The position numbers and the translations under genes were made by a program. A DNA stretch of 64,000 nucleotides, taken from an uncultured Bacteriovorax sp. GTDB taxonomy: Bacteria > Bdellovibrionota > UBA1018. The stretch covers positions 38,839-102,838 of the forward strand of contig CAYSOA010000004.1 of assembly GCA_964432565.1 (NCBI GenBank), read 5' to 3'. Under the pieces are notes generated by a model. It had not been told where the DNA came from. It saw nothing but the letters and a program-made list of their open reading frames with translations, and made no database searches. This document shows positions 17,993 to 27,418 of the stretch, in pieces. Each line of letters opens with the position of its first letter. The first letter of the stretch is position 1.

Positions 17993-19805
17993 AATTCCGG
18001 CCCCCTCCTCTGTTATTGAATTCATGCCCGGACTGCGGAACCACCAACACGAGTTCCGTTCCGGTCGATTGATCCGTCCTCATGGCCAGTGAGCCTCCAT
18101 GCGCAATGGCAACCTCGCGCGCAATCGCAAGACTCATGCCGGTTGCGTTGCTTCGTGCAACGCGAAGACTGTAATGTGCAAATCCACGTTCGAAGAGGCG
18201 CTCTTGAATCTCGCCGGGAAATTGGAGGGCAGCTCCACAGATCCGAATTTCGAAATCGCTGCCGCTCGATCCGCCGGATCGCACCATGCCGACCTGAAGC
18301 CGGGAGCCGCGACTCGAGTGACGAACCGCCTCGGTCAGCATGCTCGACAGCACCCAGGCCAGACGTGCCGGGTCGACTCGGACCGTGGAGTCCCCCAGCG
18401 TCTCGGAGAAGTGGAGCTCGAGTCGAATCTGCCGCTGCTCCGCTTCACTTCGAGCCGCCCTCACCGCCTGCGCCAGAAGCCGCCTCAGATCGGAGGCTCG
18501 CAGATTGAGGCTCTCGGAATTCAGATCGAAGCGGCTGGTCACCAGAAGCTCGTCGATCAGTTCACGCAGGCGATCCACGTCACGAACACTGGTGTCGACC
18601 AAACGCCGCTGCACGTCGGTCAGCGAACCAGCGGGCGAGCGCTGCAGCAGGCGTGTGGCCATCAATAGACTCGTGACCGGGGTTTTCACTTCGTGCGACA
18701 ACAAGGCCAGGAAGTGGGCCTTGGCCTCCTCGCCCTGGCGAATCCACGAGATGTCCTGGGCGACGACAATCGTATCTGCGGCATTCCGGCCATCCCCGGC
18801 CCGCGAAGATTCCGAAGACCGCGTCACCAGGTAGGAGGCGATCTGGACGCCATCCTCCGATCGAACAACGAGTTCAACCGGTGTCCAACGCGAGGCGGCC
18901 GTCAAAATCGCCGAGGCAGCACGCTGTCGGTTGTCCTTGTCGCTGAATCCGGAATCAGCAGCCTTCTCAAGATCGACCGGATGGAGACCGCGATGAAACT
19001 CCTCTTCAAGAATTCGGGCTCCAGTGGCGTTTCGCCACACGACCGTGCTGCCGCGAAGCACGAAGATGCCGTCTCGATTGATCCTCGAAAGGACCTGGTT
19101 TCGAGCCTTCTGCTCGAGAAGATCCCCCTTTGACTTCTTCTGATAGGCTCGAAGCTTTTCGATCAATGCGACGGTTCCCCGCTCGAACTGCAGAATCTCC
19201 TCGGGGGCCGATTCAAAGCCGTGTCGGCGGCGATCTGCCTCCTTCGAAAAAAGCGCCGGCAGGTCCTGCGACAGATCGAGCGTACCGAGGTACCGGGCCA
19301 GATAACTTGCCGGGCGGACCACGCTATTGAAGTGGCGCCGAAACAGAAACAGCACCACGAGAAAAATCACTCCCCAAAAAAGCAGTCCTCGCCCCAGAAT
19401 GCCCCGAAGGCGAATCTCGCGATCGTCCGAAAGACGTACGAGCTCGAGCGACTGGTGGAACTGCCAGCCCTCGGCAATCGCCTTCAGCAGTCTGATATCA
19501 GGGGCCGGCTGACTGAACTGGGCCATCAGGGCACTGACGTAGGTGTTTCCGATTACGTCACCGCGAGAGTCCGGATCAACCGAGCGCACTAGAGCGAGCG
19601 CCCGCCCGAACTCGTGAGCCACGATATGCATTCGAACTCGACTCGAGACATCCAGCAGCTCCTGGCGCAGCAGGTGAGTCTTGCGGCTGGCTTGAATCTC
19701 GTCGGCCACCTCGAGGCCGACCCAGGCCATTGTCGCACCGATCATGACCAGAAGCAGCAGGAGCCCCGACTGATAGATTTCAAAAAGCGAGCGGGACCTG
19801 CTCAC
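17970..19805 (-). CDS. sensor histidine kinase (2 TM, HAMP/PAS, HisKA, HATPase_c)
   Basis: The GTG start overlaps the upstream gene's stop (GTGA). The HisKA box reads LSHEVKTPV, the ATPase domain contains GTGMSLAIAREV, and its 3' end overlaps the response regulator by 23 nt. Confidence 0.8.
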   Translation of the reverse strand: MSRSRSLFEIYQSGLLLLLVMIGATMAWVGLEVADEIQASRKTHLLRQELLDVSSRVRMHIVAHEFGRALALVRSVDPDSRGDVIGNTYVSALMAQFSQPAPDIRLLKAIAEGWQFHQSLELVRLSDDREIRLRGILGRGLLFWGVIFLVVLFLFRRHFNSVVRPASYLARYLGTLDLSQDLPALFSKEADRRRHGFESAPEEILQFERGTVALIEKLRAYQKKSKGDLLEQKARNQVLSRINRDGIFVLRGSTVVWRNATGARILEEEFHRGLHPVDLEKAADSGFSDKDNRQRAASAILTAASRWTPVELVVRSEDGVQIASYLVTRSSESSRAGDGRNAADTIVVAQDISWIRQGEEAKAHFLALLSHEVKTPVTSLLMATRLLQRSPAGSLTDVQRRLVDTSVRDVDRLRELIDELLVTSRFDLNSESLNLRASDLRRLLAQAVRAARSEAEQRQIRLELHFSETLGDSTVRVDPARLAWVLSSMLTEAVRHSSRGSRLQVGMVRSGGSSGSDFEIRICGAALQFPGEIQERLFERGFAHYSLRVARSNATGMSLAIAREVAIAHGGSLAMRTDQSTGTELVLVVPQSGHEFNNRGGGRNYVEVAGG

Positions 19806-20365
19806 GTGTTCGGCTCCCGCCTGAGAACCTGCATCGCTCGCACAGCCCAGACACTTCGGCTTCCCATCTGCGAGATCGAATCGAGCACCGCCGGGCGCCG
19901 AAATACGAGATAAAGTGCCTTGCCCGAGAGGAAGACCAGCTCGGAACGGCGGTTTCGGCAGGGGCCTTCGTTCAGCGCCTGAAGGGCGAAATTCAGTGCC
20001 CGCAAGAGATGCTCGCGGCCCTCGCGAACCCTTCCCCCATGAACCAGCCCCTGCCCGACCGAACTGTGCCAGCGGGCGAGCTGGGTCGCGTCGCGCACCT
20101 CGGGGGCGATCAACCCGATGGTGACCGCTCCGGCCTTCGGAGCCAAACCCTCGGGCAGACCCGTGGGTAGCAGGGCAGCAGCCTCGAGTTCCTTCACCTC
20201 TTGCCGCAGCAGCGCCTCACTGGGCGAAATCGAGCTGCGGCCCCAGCTCAGATCGAGAGACCAGCTCGCCCCCCAGAGCACTCCTCCCGCGATGAGGACA
20301 ATCGCCACGCCCAGCTTGAAGGGTGCGAAAACGGGGCGATTCAGAATGGAGAGCCGTCGAGTCAT
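19802..20365 (-). CDS. hypothetical single-pass membrane protein, first gene of the kinase/regulator operon
   Basis: The start was taken at MTRRLS, just downstream of the sigma54 promoter candidate. A TM helix follows (VAIVLIAGGVLWGASW). Confidence 0.5.
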   Translation of the reverse strand: MTRRLSILNRPVFAPFKLGVAIVLIAGGVLWGASWSLDLSWGRSSISPSEALLRQEVKELEAAALLPTGLPEGLAPKAGAVTIGLIAPEVRDATQLARWHSSVGQGLVHGGRVREGREHLLRALNFALQALNEGPCRNRRSELVFLSGKALYLVFRRPAVLDSISQMGSRSVWAVRAMQVLRREPNT

Positions 20366-20398
20366 GATGCGGGGTGTCCTATAGCAGCGCACTGCATT

Positions 20399-20414
20399 GG
20401 CAAAGCGCGTGCCG
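20399..20414 (-). promoter_or_regulatory. sigma54 (-24/-12) promoter candidate for the membrane protein / HK / sigma54-RR operon
   Basis: On the minus strand the element reads cGGCAC-gcgct-TTGCc, with GG-N10-GC spacing. It lies about 35 nt upstream of the 20365 start codon. Confidence 0.55.
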
Positions 20415-20501
20415 CAGCCCAAGCCCCGGTTTTCAAGCACTTCAAACTGTCATGACATTTGCCTGAAGATTGCGTTTTGCACGAAGCCGACGAAAAGTCG
20501 G

Positions 20502-20876
20502 TTATCCTGCACTGCGAACCCGTGCAGATTCGCGTTCGCGAATGGCCTGGCAGCGCGCACAAAGCCGGGCCTCGGGTACGACCAGGAGCCGCTTTTCGGG
20601 AATCTCCTCATCGCAATCTTCACAGACGCCAAAGCCCACTGATGCGATTTTTGCGAGCGCGCGATCGATCGCCTGAATTTCGCGAAGCTCCTGCTCCTGT
20701 AACGAGGCGGTGCGACCGAGATGCTCGAGGCTCTGGGCAATATCCACCATCTCCGCCTGGGAATCGACGCGATCCATTTCGCTTTCGGTCAGGATGGAAG
20801 GGATCAGCCCTTCTCCCAACCTCGCCCGGCGCGCCTTCAGGATGTCGTGAATCTTGTCTCGAGTGCCTCGGTCCAT
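20502..20876 (-). CDS. DksA/TraR-family C4 zinc-finger transcription factor
   Basis: The C-terminus has C-x2-C-x17-C-x2-C (CEDCDEEIPEKRLLVVPEARLCARCQ) after a coiled-coil region. The start was taken at MDRGTRD, giving 124 aa. Confidence 0.75.
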   Translation of the reverse strand: MDRGTRDKIHDILKARRARLGEGLIPSILTESEMDRVDSQAEMVDIAQSLEHLGRTASLQEQELREIQAIDRALAKIASVGFGVCEDCDEEIPEKRLLVVPEARLCARCQAIRERESARVRSAG

Positions 20877-20919
20877 GAAGGGCTGCGATCTGCAAAAACC
20901 CTGCACGACGCGAGTCGGA

Positions 20920-21861
20920 CTAATTTTGGCAGCGTGCCGAATGGGCTGCCAGATAACGGCTCGAAATCGAGCGACCCATTGCACCGACCAGCCCAAGGCT
21001 CGCCTCACAAAGCCGCCCGAGATCGACTCCGCTGCGAATCTTCATGCCGTCCAGCATGTAAACGAGATCTTCGGTGGCCAGGTTTCCGGTCGCAGCGGGC
21101 GCGAACGGACAACCGCCCAGTCCTCCGGCCGAAGAGTCGATGCTCGTTACCCCGTATTCCATCGCCCGCAGCGTGTTGGCGAGCGCCGTTCCACGGGTGT
21201 CGTGAAAGTGCACGGCCACTTTCGCAACCGGGTTCTTCGAGAGGAGTTTCGGCACGATCGCGTCGACGCCCCGCGGGGTCGCTACCCCGATGGTGTCTCC
21301 CAGGGATACTTGCTGGGCTCCGAGATCCAAAAGCCTCTGAGCCGCATCGATGGAGCGCCTGGCCGCCACTTCGCCTTCAAACGGGCAGCCAAAGACAGTC
21401 GACAGATAAGCGCGAGTCTTCAGCTTCAGGCGCCGAGCCTCTCGAAGCACTTCACGTATCTCGGCAAGTGAGTCGGCGATCGACATGCCGATGTTGCGGC
21501 GATTGAACGTCTCGCTCGCGGCAGTAAAGACTCCGATGGCGCGTGCGCCAGCCGCCAAGGCCCGCTCCAGACCCCGTCGATTCGGAACCAGCGCCCAGTA
21601 GGTCGGTCCCTGCAGCGAACGATCGGCCAGGATGGCCTCGAAGACCTGGGCCGAGTCGGCCATCTGCGGGACGCGATCGGGGCGCACAAAGGCCCCTGCT
21701 TCGATCTGCGAAAGTCCGGCGTCCTTGAGTCCACGAATGTAGCGAAGCTTCCATTCGAGTGGGATCGTTCGGCTCTCGTTTTGAAGTCCGTCTCGAGGGC
21801 CCACGTCGAAGATCGTCACCTGACGCGGAAAGCCCGCCACCTTCTTCGTGCTAGCCGGCAT
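20920..21861 (-). CDS. hydroxymethylglutaryl-CoA lyase
   Basis: It is a TIM-barrel HMGL-like protein (FDVGPRDGLQNE ... HFHDTRG ... GGLGGCPFA). Confidence 0.85.
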   Translation of the reverse strand: MPASTKKVAGFPRQVTIFDVGPRDGLQNESRTIPLEWKLRYIRGLKDAGLSQIEAGAFVRPDRVPQMADSAQVFEAILADRSLQGPTYWALVPNRRGLERALAAGARAIGVFTAASETFNRRNIGMSIADSLAEIREVLREARRLKLKTRAYLSTVFGCPFEGEVAARRSIDAAQRLLDLGAQQVSLGDTIGVATPRGVDAIVPKLLSKNPVAKVAVHFHDTRGTALANTLRAMEYGVTSIDSSAGGLGGCPFAPAATGNLATEDLVYMLDGMKIRSGVDLGRLCEASLGLVGAMGRSISSRYLAAHSARCQN

Positions 21862-22378
21862 TCTGGCCTCCGCTCGGGGCAGCCTCGAAGTCGAGCATCA
21901 GGTCGCCAGGGGAAAGCTGCTGTCCTTCGATGACCCGAATCTTTTTCACCGTGCCGGCACAAGGCGCCTGAATCGCGAACTCCATCTTCATCGCTTCGAC
22001 CAGCACGAGCTTCTGATTCTCTGAAACCTCCGCCCCTTCCGCCACGAGCAGTTTGCGGACCTTGCCCGGAAACTGCGCTGTGAAATCGGCGGCACTGGCT
22101 CCCGATGCAGCCGCCCCGCGCGAGGCATCGAGGCGCGACCAGTCCCCAAAAAGTGGTCCGTGAAAACCCGACGGCTCGAGCCATTGCGCCGAGAACTTTC
22201 CCCTGCCCTGAATGGACACCCCGCGGACCCGTTCAACCGTCCCATCGAGCCGAGTGCGCTCGGCAATCACCCACCCGCCAGGGCGAAGCGATACGGTCCA
22301 CGATTGAGCGTCGCGGGCCTCGGCTGACTGGTCATCGGCGGTGAATTTTTTTCCCGAAACCTTCCACTGGTGTTTCAT
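21851..22378 (-). CDS. biotin carboxyl carrier (BT-BCCP) portion of an acyl-CoA carboxylase alpha subunit
   Basis: It carries a biotinyl-lysine motif (EAMKME) at its C-terminus and has a 4-nt ATGA overlap with the upstream biotin carboxylase ORF. Confidence 0.8.
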   Translation of the reverse strand: MKHQWKVSGKKFTADDQSAEARDAQSWTVSLRPGGWVIAERTRLDGTVERVRGVSIQGRGKFSAQWLEPSGFHGPLFGDWSRLDASRGAAASGASAADFTAQFPGKVRKLLVAEGAEVSENQKLVLVEAMKMEFAIQAPCAGTVKKIRVIEGQQLSPGDLMLDFEAAPSGGQNAG

Positions 22379-23847
22379 GACAGCCTCCAGGGTGACGGTG
22401 CACTCGTCCTCTGGTCCTCGGACGCGCCTGCCAGAGAAAAGGATCGCACCAGTCGTGTCGCCGTCGCCAGGTCGACAGCCGAGATTACGGGCTGAAACTC
22501 CGCGAAGGCCTCCCCGAGGTAGCCGGTGTGCATCCTGCCCTCGCGCACCTGAGCATCGTTGGCGATCGCGAGCAGGTAACGTTGATTCGTGCCCATTCCC
22601 GAAACCACTGTTTCTTCGAGGGCAAAACGCATGCGCTGCACCGCGATTTCACGCGTGGGGGCATGCACGATGATTTTGGCCAGCAACGAGTCGAACTGCG
22701 TGCCGATCGTCTGGCCCTGCTCAATTCCGGCTTCGATGCGAATGCCGGTGCCTGTGGGCCAGCGCAGGAACTCCACTTTTCCGGGTGTCGGCGCAAAGCC
22801 CATGGCCGGGTCTTCGGCGTAGAGGCGCACTTCGATCGCGTGTCCCCGCGGCTCACCCACTTTCGGTAGCTGAAACTCCTCGGGGTTCAGCGCCAACTGC
22901 AACTGCAGGTGGACGAGATCCTGTCCGGTGACCTGCTCCGTCACGGGATGTTCGACTTGAAGGCGCGTATTCATCTCGAGAAAGTAAAAGCCACCCTGAT
23001 CGTCGACCAGAAATTCGAGTGTGCCGGCACTTCGGTATTTCACTTCCGAGACCAGCCTCAGCGAAGCTTCAAAAAGACCCTGGCGTGTCTGCTGCGACAA
23101 GTGCGGCGCGGGAGCTTCCTCCCAAACTTTCTGGTGACGGCGCTGCAGGGAGCACTCACGCTCGTACAGATGGACGCCCCCACCCTTGCCGTCTCCGAAA
23201 ACCTGCACTTCGATGTGTCGCGGATTTTCGATCAGCCGTTCAAGAAACAGCGTGCCATCACCGAACGCGGCAACGGCTTCGGCCGAGGCACTTTCGGCGG
23301 CATCCTTCAATTCGGACGCCTCGTTGACCCGACGCATGCCCTTGCCTCCGCCTCCGGCTGACGCCTTGAGCAGAAGCGGATAACCCACCTTGGCGGCGGC
23401 GGAGGCAAGATCTTCGCCCGCCCTGACCTTCGCCCAAGGCAAGGTCGGTACCTTCGCCTTCTCGGCAAGTTCCTTGGCGGCAATCTTTTCGCCCAGCGCT
23501 CGCATGGTTTCGGCTCGCGGTCCGGCGAACGCGATTCCTGCCGCTTCGCAGGCGTCGGCAAATTCGGGGCGTTCACTCAAAAATCCGTAACCGGGATGAA
23601 TGACCGTCGCGCCGCTTTTTTTCGCGGCGGCGATCACCGACTCGATATCGAGGTAACGGGACACTTCCTGCACCTCGTCGGCATAAGTGAGGTGGCGGGC
23701 CTCTTCATCACCGGGGGCACAAATGGCGACGGTACGAAAGCCCAGCTCGCGGCAGGCCTGAAAAACCCGGCACGCAATCTCCGAGCGATTCGCAACAAGG
23801 ACCTTGAGGGGTTTCGAAGCCATCACGGCACTCATGACGAAATCCAC
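22375..23847 (-). CDS. biotin carboxylase subunit (methylcrotonyl-/acyl-CoA carboxylase alpha, BC domain)
   Basis: It has the ATP-grasp BC motifs GGGGKGMR and ...EMNTRLQVEHPVTE. The exact start is uncertain, with MSAVMA and MASKPLK as candidates. Confidence 0.85.
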   Translation of the reverse strand: MDFVMSAVMASKPLKVLVANRSEIACRVFQACRELGFRTVAICAPGDEEARHLTYADEVQEVSRYLDIESVIAAAKKSGATVIHPGYGFLSERPEFADACEAAGIAFAGPRAETMRALGEKIAAKELAEKAKVPTLPWAKVRAGEDLASAAAKVGYPLLLKASAGGGGKGMRRVNEASELKDAAESASAEAVAAFGDGTLFLERLIENPRHIEVQVFGDGKGGGVHLYERECSLQRRHQKVWEEAPAPHLSQQTRQGLFEASLRLVSEVKYRSAGTLEFLVDDQGGFYFLEMNTRLQVEHPVTEQVTGQDLVHLQLQLALNPEEFQLPKVGEPRGHAIEVRLYAEDPAMGFAPTPGKVEFLRWPTGTGIRIEAGIEQGQTIGTQFDSLLAKIIVHAPTREIAVQRMRFALEETVVSGMGTNQRYLLAIANDAQVREGRMHTGYLGEAFAEFQPVISAVDLATATRLVRSFSLAGASEDQRTSAPSPWRLS

Positions 23848-24635
23848 CCCGGTTTGCGCTTTTCGAGAAACGCCTTGAGGCCTTCCTGCCCTTCCGGAGT
23901 CACGCGCAACTCCGCCAAGGTCTTCGAAACGTACTCGAGGCAGTCTCCCATTTTCTCGCGTCGCTCAGGCCAGGTCAGGTCGAGCACGAGTTGCTTGGCC
24001 ACCGACATCGCCTGCGGCCCGCACTGAAGCATGTTACCCAAAATGCGCTCGCGAGACGCTTGAAGTGCCGCAGTATCCGTGACGACTTCGTGGATGAGAC
24101 CGATCTCGTGGGCGCGCTTCGCGCCAAACCTCTCGGCACTGATGAAGAGCGCCCGAGAATGCGTGGCGCCGATCTTGGCCGTCACGAACGGACCGATGCA
24201 GGCCGGAACAATCCCGAGGCGCACTTCGCTGAGGCTGAACTGCGTATCCTGCGTGGCGACGACCATATCGCAGACACTCGTCAGACCGACTCCGCCGCCG
24301 ATGGCCGCCCCGTGGATAAAACCGATCAGCGGCTTCGGGCACTCATTCATGAGGGCGAACATTCTCGAGAGCGTGCGCGTCTCGACGAGGTTCTGCTCGA
24401 CGTTGAGCTCGACCGAACGCTTCATCCAGTTCAAGTCTCCCCCCGCAGAGAAGACAGGACCTGCACCCTGCAACGTGACGATTTTTACGTCCGCCTTCTG
24501 CACCTCGACCGAGAAAACCTCGGTGAGCTCATCAATCATCGCTTCATTGAAGGCGTTTCGAATCTCGGGACGATTCAGGGTGACATCCAGGACGCCCGGA
24601 TGCCGGATAGAGCGTTCGACCTTGAGGGTTTTCAT
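23832..24635 (-). CDS. enoyl-CoA hydratase/isomerase family (methylglutaconyl-CoA hydratase-like)
   Basis: The crotonase fold motifs are present: FSAGGDL and GAAIGGG. The start was taken at MKTLKV. Confidence 0.8.
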   Translation of the reverse strand: MKTLKVERSIRHPGVLDVTLNRPEIRNAFNEAMIDELTEVFSVEVQKADVKIVTLQGAGPVFSAGGDLNWMKRSVELNVEQNLVETRTLSRMFALMNECPKPLIGFIHGAAIGGGVGLTSVCDMVVATQDTQFSLSEVRLGIVPACIGPFVTAKIGATHSRALFISAERFGAKRAHEIGLIHEVVTDTAALQASRERILGNMLQCGPQAMSVAKQLVLDLTWPERREKMGDCLEYVSKTLAELRVTPEGQEGLKAFLEKRKPGWISS

Positions 24636-24658
24636 GCCCCCGAAACTAACCCAAGCGC

Positions 24659-25444
24659 TTAAAGGCGGCAATCCTGCTTCAATCGATCGGCGAGTCCACG
24701 CGCAGCCGACACTTCGAGACGGGTGATTTCGAGCTGGGTCAGGGCATCGGCAGCAAGGCCCTCAACGTAGCGGCGATCATCGTGTCCAAAGGTGTACCAG
24801 CGACTTTGAATTTCGCCGGTCTCCGAGTCGCGTAGCGTCTCCAAAAAGCGCTCAAAGTCTCTTCCAGCGTGACGACGAACGTCGGTAAACTTCGATGCCA
24901 CCAGAACCGGAAGCTGCGCGGCATCGTCCATCAGATCTTGAAACTCCGCTTCGCTCTTCACTTCCCCGATGAGGTCTTCCAGGCTCAGCTTCAGGTGATT
25001 CACGCCCAGCTCGCGCCGATCCAAAGTTCGATAAAGGTAGCGAACGCCGTGATAGGCCGTCGGCACTGCCACGGCTGAGGTCAATAGTCCGGCCGTCGTC
25101 ACCTTGCCGAGTGGTAGCGTGTAGGCCGCCACTCCCGGAATCAACGACGCCGCCACCACGCCGACGGCCGCACAGGCACTCGAGGTGTAGGCCACGAAGC
25201 GGGCCTTGCCGAGAAGCTTCTTGAAGTCTTGAACCGCGTGCTCCTGGATCTGAGCAGAGGCTTCACGCCGTTCGGCGAGCTTCGTCAGTTTGTGAATCAC
25301 GTCATGTTGCTCGATCTGTGAGCAGTACTCGGCCAGTCTCGGTGAAAGTGCCTGAGGCGACGCCTCGGCAGCAGCGAAGGCCGAAGTCAGAGAAAGGCCG
25401 AACGAGGCCGGAACCACCAAAAAGGACGCGAGCAGCTTCTTCAT
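24659..25444 (-). CDS. hypothetical secreted/membrane protein
   Basis: A signal peptide (MKKLLASFLVVPASFGLSLTSAFAAAEA) and an internal hydrophobic hairpin are present. No motif was recognised. Confidence 0.45.
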   Translation of the reverse strand: MKKLLASFLVVPASFGLSLTSAFAAAEASPQALSPRLAEYCSQIEQHDVIHKLTKLAERREASAQIQEHAVQDFKKLLGKARFVAYTSSACAAVGVVAASLIPGVAAYTLPLGKVTTAGLLTSAVAVPTAYHGVRYLYRTLDRRELGVNHLKLSLEDLIGEVKSEAEFQDLMDDAAQLPVLVASKFTDVRRHAGRDFERFLETLRDSETGEIQSRWYTFGHDDRRYVEGLAADALTQLEITRLEVSAARGLADRLKQDCRL

Positions 25445-25505
25445 GCTGCACTGCACTACCTTAATTCCGAGTGAATTGCTCTTGTTTTTTAAGTCATTGA
25501 AATCA

Positions 25506-27347
25506 CTAAGGAGAACAAACTCCGCCGCAGGTCGTCGGTTGACACCCCGTTCCACTTCCGTAGCGATTCGAACAGGTCGGAAAACACCGGAAGGAGCTCT
25601 CGTCCACGCGCTGCACTCGAGGACCCCACTGCCAGACCCCCGAAATCACGTAGGGGTCGGCAACCAGGGTTTTTCCGGCCTCACACGACACCTGACAAGT
25701 GGCCCCTCCCCGCGTCGTGCATCGGACTTCTTCCACTTCAGGCGACGGAGCCGCACAAACCGCACCGCAAACCGTTGGAGTGCACCCGGTTCCGCCACCC
25801 CAGCGATTTGAACAACCAGGACCACAGGAGATCGTCGTCTCGGTTACCTTTGAAATGGCAGGAGACCACGCCAGAGTGCCGCTGATGTAGTAGGGATTGG
25901 TCACCAACTGCATTCCTGCAGAGCATGACGCCTGACAGGACTGGCTGCCGCCCGGCGTGCGACATGAAATGGCTTCTGTCGGTACACGCACTCCCGCAGA
26001 AGAGCATCCTGACGACTGCAGGACATAGCTGTTGCCGACGAGGTAGATCTTCCGCCCGACGCCACTGTTGTTGTGCTCGGTGCCAGTCAGCACTTCCTCG
26101 ATGTGGCCGTCCGCGAATTTGACCGTAAATGAATAGACGCGGCGGATCGCTCCGTGCGTGGCGCCCAGATAATCCTGGCTTCGCTTGAAGTGAACCCGCT
26201 CGACGTCAGCGGGCAGGGCCTTCGCGTCTCGAACCATGACCCAAACATCGTCGTCCGGAAAGGTGCTCGAATCCGAGCCGCTGTCGGTGGTTTGACTCAG
26301 GTTCAGCTCAGGGATGGGCATCTCATTCGAATCCAGATTCAATTGGCCGGGCTGGGTCAGGTAAGGCGCCATCCGCGACTCGACGTAGTCGAAGTTCGGA
26401 TGCAGCTCGGTGAGCTTCGCGCAGGCGCAGTATTTTCCGATCTCCTGGTATTCACGAACAAACGTGACTGCGGCATCGCTTCCGGTTGCCGTGACAAAAA
26501 ACGGCCCTTGAGCGGAACCAGAGGAGATCGCCCCGATCCATGCTCCCCCACTATTCGAATAGCAGTTGGTGTCGTTCGCACGATTCTTTGAGCACAGAAA
26601 CCGACGGGCAATGGCAGTAGAAGTCGACTGCTCGGCAAGGCCGTCCAGAAAAGACGTCTGGGTTGACGACGACTCGGTCAGGAGCTGCGCCACATTGAAG
26701 ACCAGCGTCTCGTTTTGTGCCTGCCCTCGCGGCAGATCCGGAGTCGAGTGGATTGTGCCGATCGGATCCGCATTGAAGGCCGAAAGTCCGCCCTTGAATA
26801 CTCGTTGGGCATCGAGCGTGTAGAGCTTGCGATCTCCCACCGACCATTCGACCGCCGGCCAGGGCGAGAGGTAGATGTAATGATCCTGCAGACCCCTGTA
26901 CGTGTAAGCCACCCAGTTCGCACCGGCAGCACCGCAGGCGCCCCATTCGGGAGCCGGCAACTGCACCGACACGACCTGATATCCCGGCTGTCCGGGTGTA
27001 CAGACCTTACAGGCCTGAAGGATCTTGTCGTCTCCCGCCTGGAAGCAGCGAGACTGCAGGCCGGAATCCGGCGAGCCCGACGGCTCGGGCGAAAAGGTCG
27101 CAGAAGCCGCCAGTCCCGAGCACGGCGAAGTGGTCATCGCCGCAGTGATCGCGGCCTTCTTCTTTGCGTAATTGACGAGCACCTGCTCGCCTTCACTGGA
27201 AGCGATCTTGCGAAGCGACAAGTTGACCGACTGCGAAAGCAGCGCTCCGGTGACGGCAAGGCCCACGCCGGCCGAAACCACCAACCCCACCGTCACGTTA
27301 CCCTGAACACTTTTCCCGGAAACCCCGATACTGCGTCGAATCCCCAT
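25506..27347 (-). CDS. Cys-rich membrane-anchored protein with tandem 8-Cys C-terminal repeats (613 aa)
   Basis: The start was taken at MGIRRS. There is an N-terminal TM anchor and two tandem ~65-aa repeats (CQxSCxAG...NPY.ISG...W.P...V.E...C.P.CSNR.G.GTGC.PT.CG.VC) plus a partial third. It is divergent from the pilin-like genes. Confidence 0.6.
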   Translation of the reverse strand: MGIRRSIGVSGKSVQGNVTVGLVVSAGVGLAVTGALLSQSVNLSLRKIASSEGEQVLVNYAKKKAAITAAMTTSPCSGLAASATFSPEPSGSPDSGLQSRCFQAGDDKILQACKVCTPGQPGYQVVSVQLPAPEWGACGAAGANWVAYTYRGLQDHYIYLSPWPAVEWSVGDRKLYTLDAQRVFKGGLSAFNADPIGTIHSTPDLPRGQAQNETLVFNVAQLLTESSSTQTSFLDGLAEQSTSTAIARRFLCSKNRANDTNCYSNSGGAWIGAISSGSAQGPFFVTATGSDAAVTFVREYQEIGKYCACAKLTELHPNFDYVESRMAPYLTQPGQLNLDSNEMPIPELNLSQTTDSGSDSSTFPDDDVWVMVRDAKALPADVERVHFKRSQDYLGATHGAIRRVYSFTVKFADGHIEEVLTGTEHNNSGVGRKIYLVGNSYVLQSSGCSSAGVRVPTEAISCRTPGGSQSCQASCSAGMQLVTNPYYISGTLAWSPAISKVTETTISCGPGCSNRWGGGTGCTPTVCGAVCAAPSPEVEEVRCTTRGGATCQVSCEAGKTLVADPYVISGVWQWGPRVQRVDESSFRCFPTCSNRYGSGTGCQPTTCGGVCSP

Positions 27348-27418
27348 CCCAAAAGTGTAGCACAACAAGTTCCGAAAGCGGCGTTGACCCCTGCTGCGAC
27401 GTAGGCAACACTTTACGC

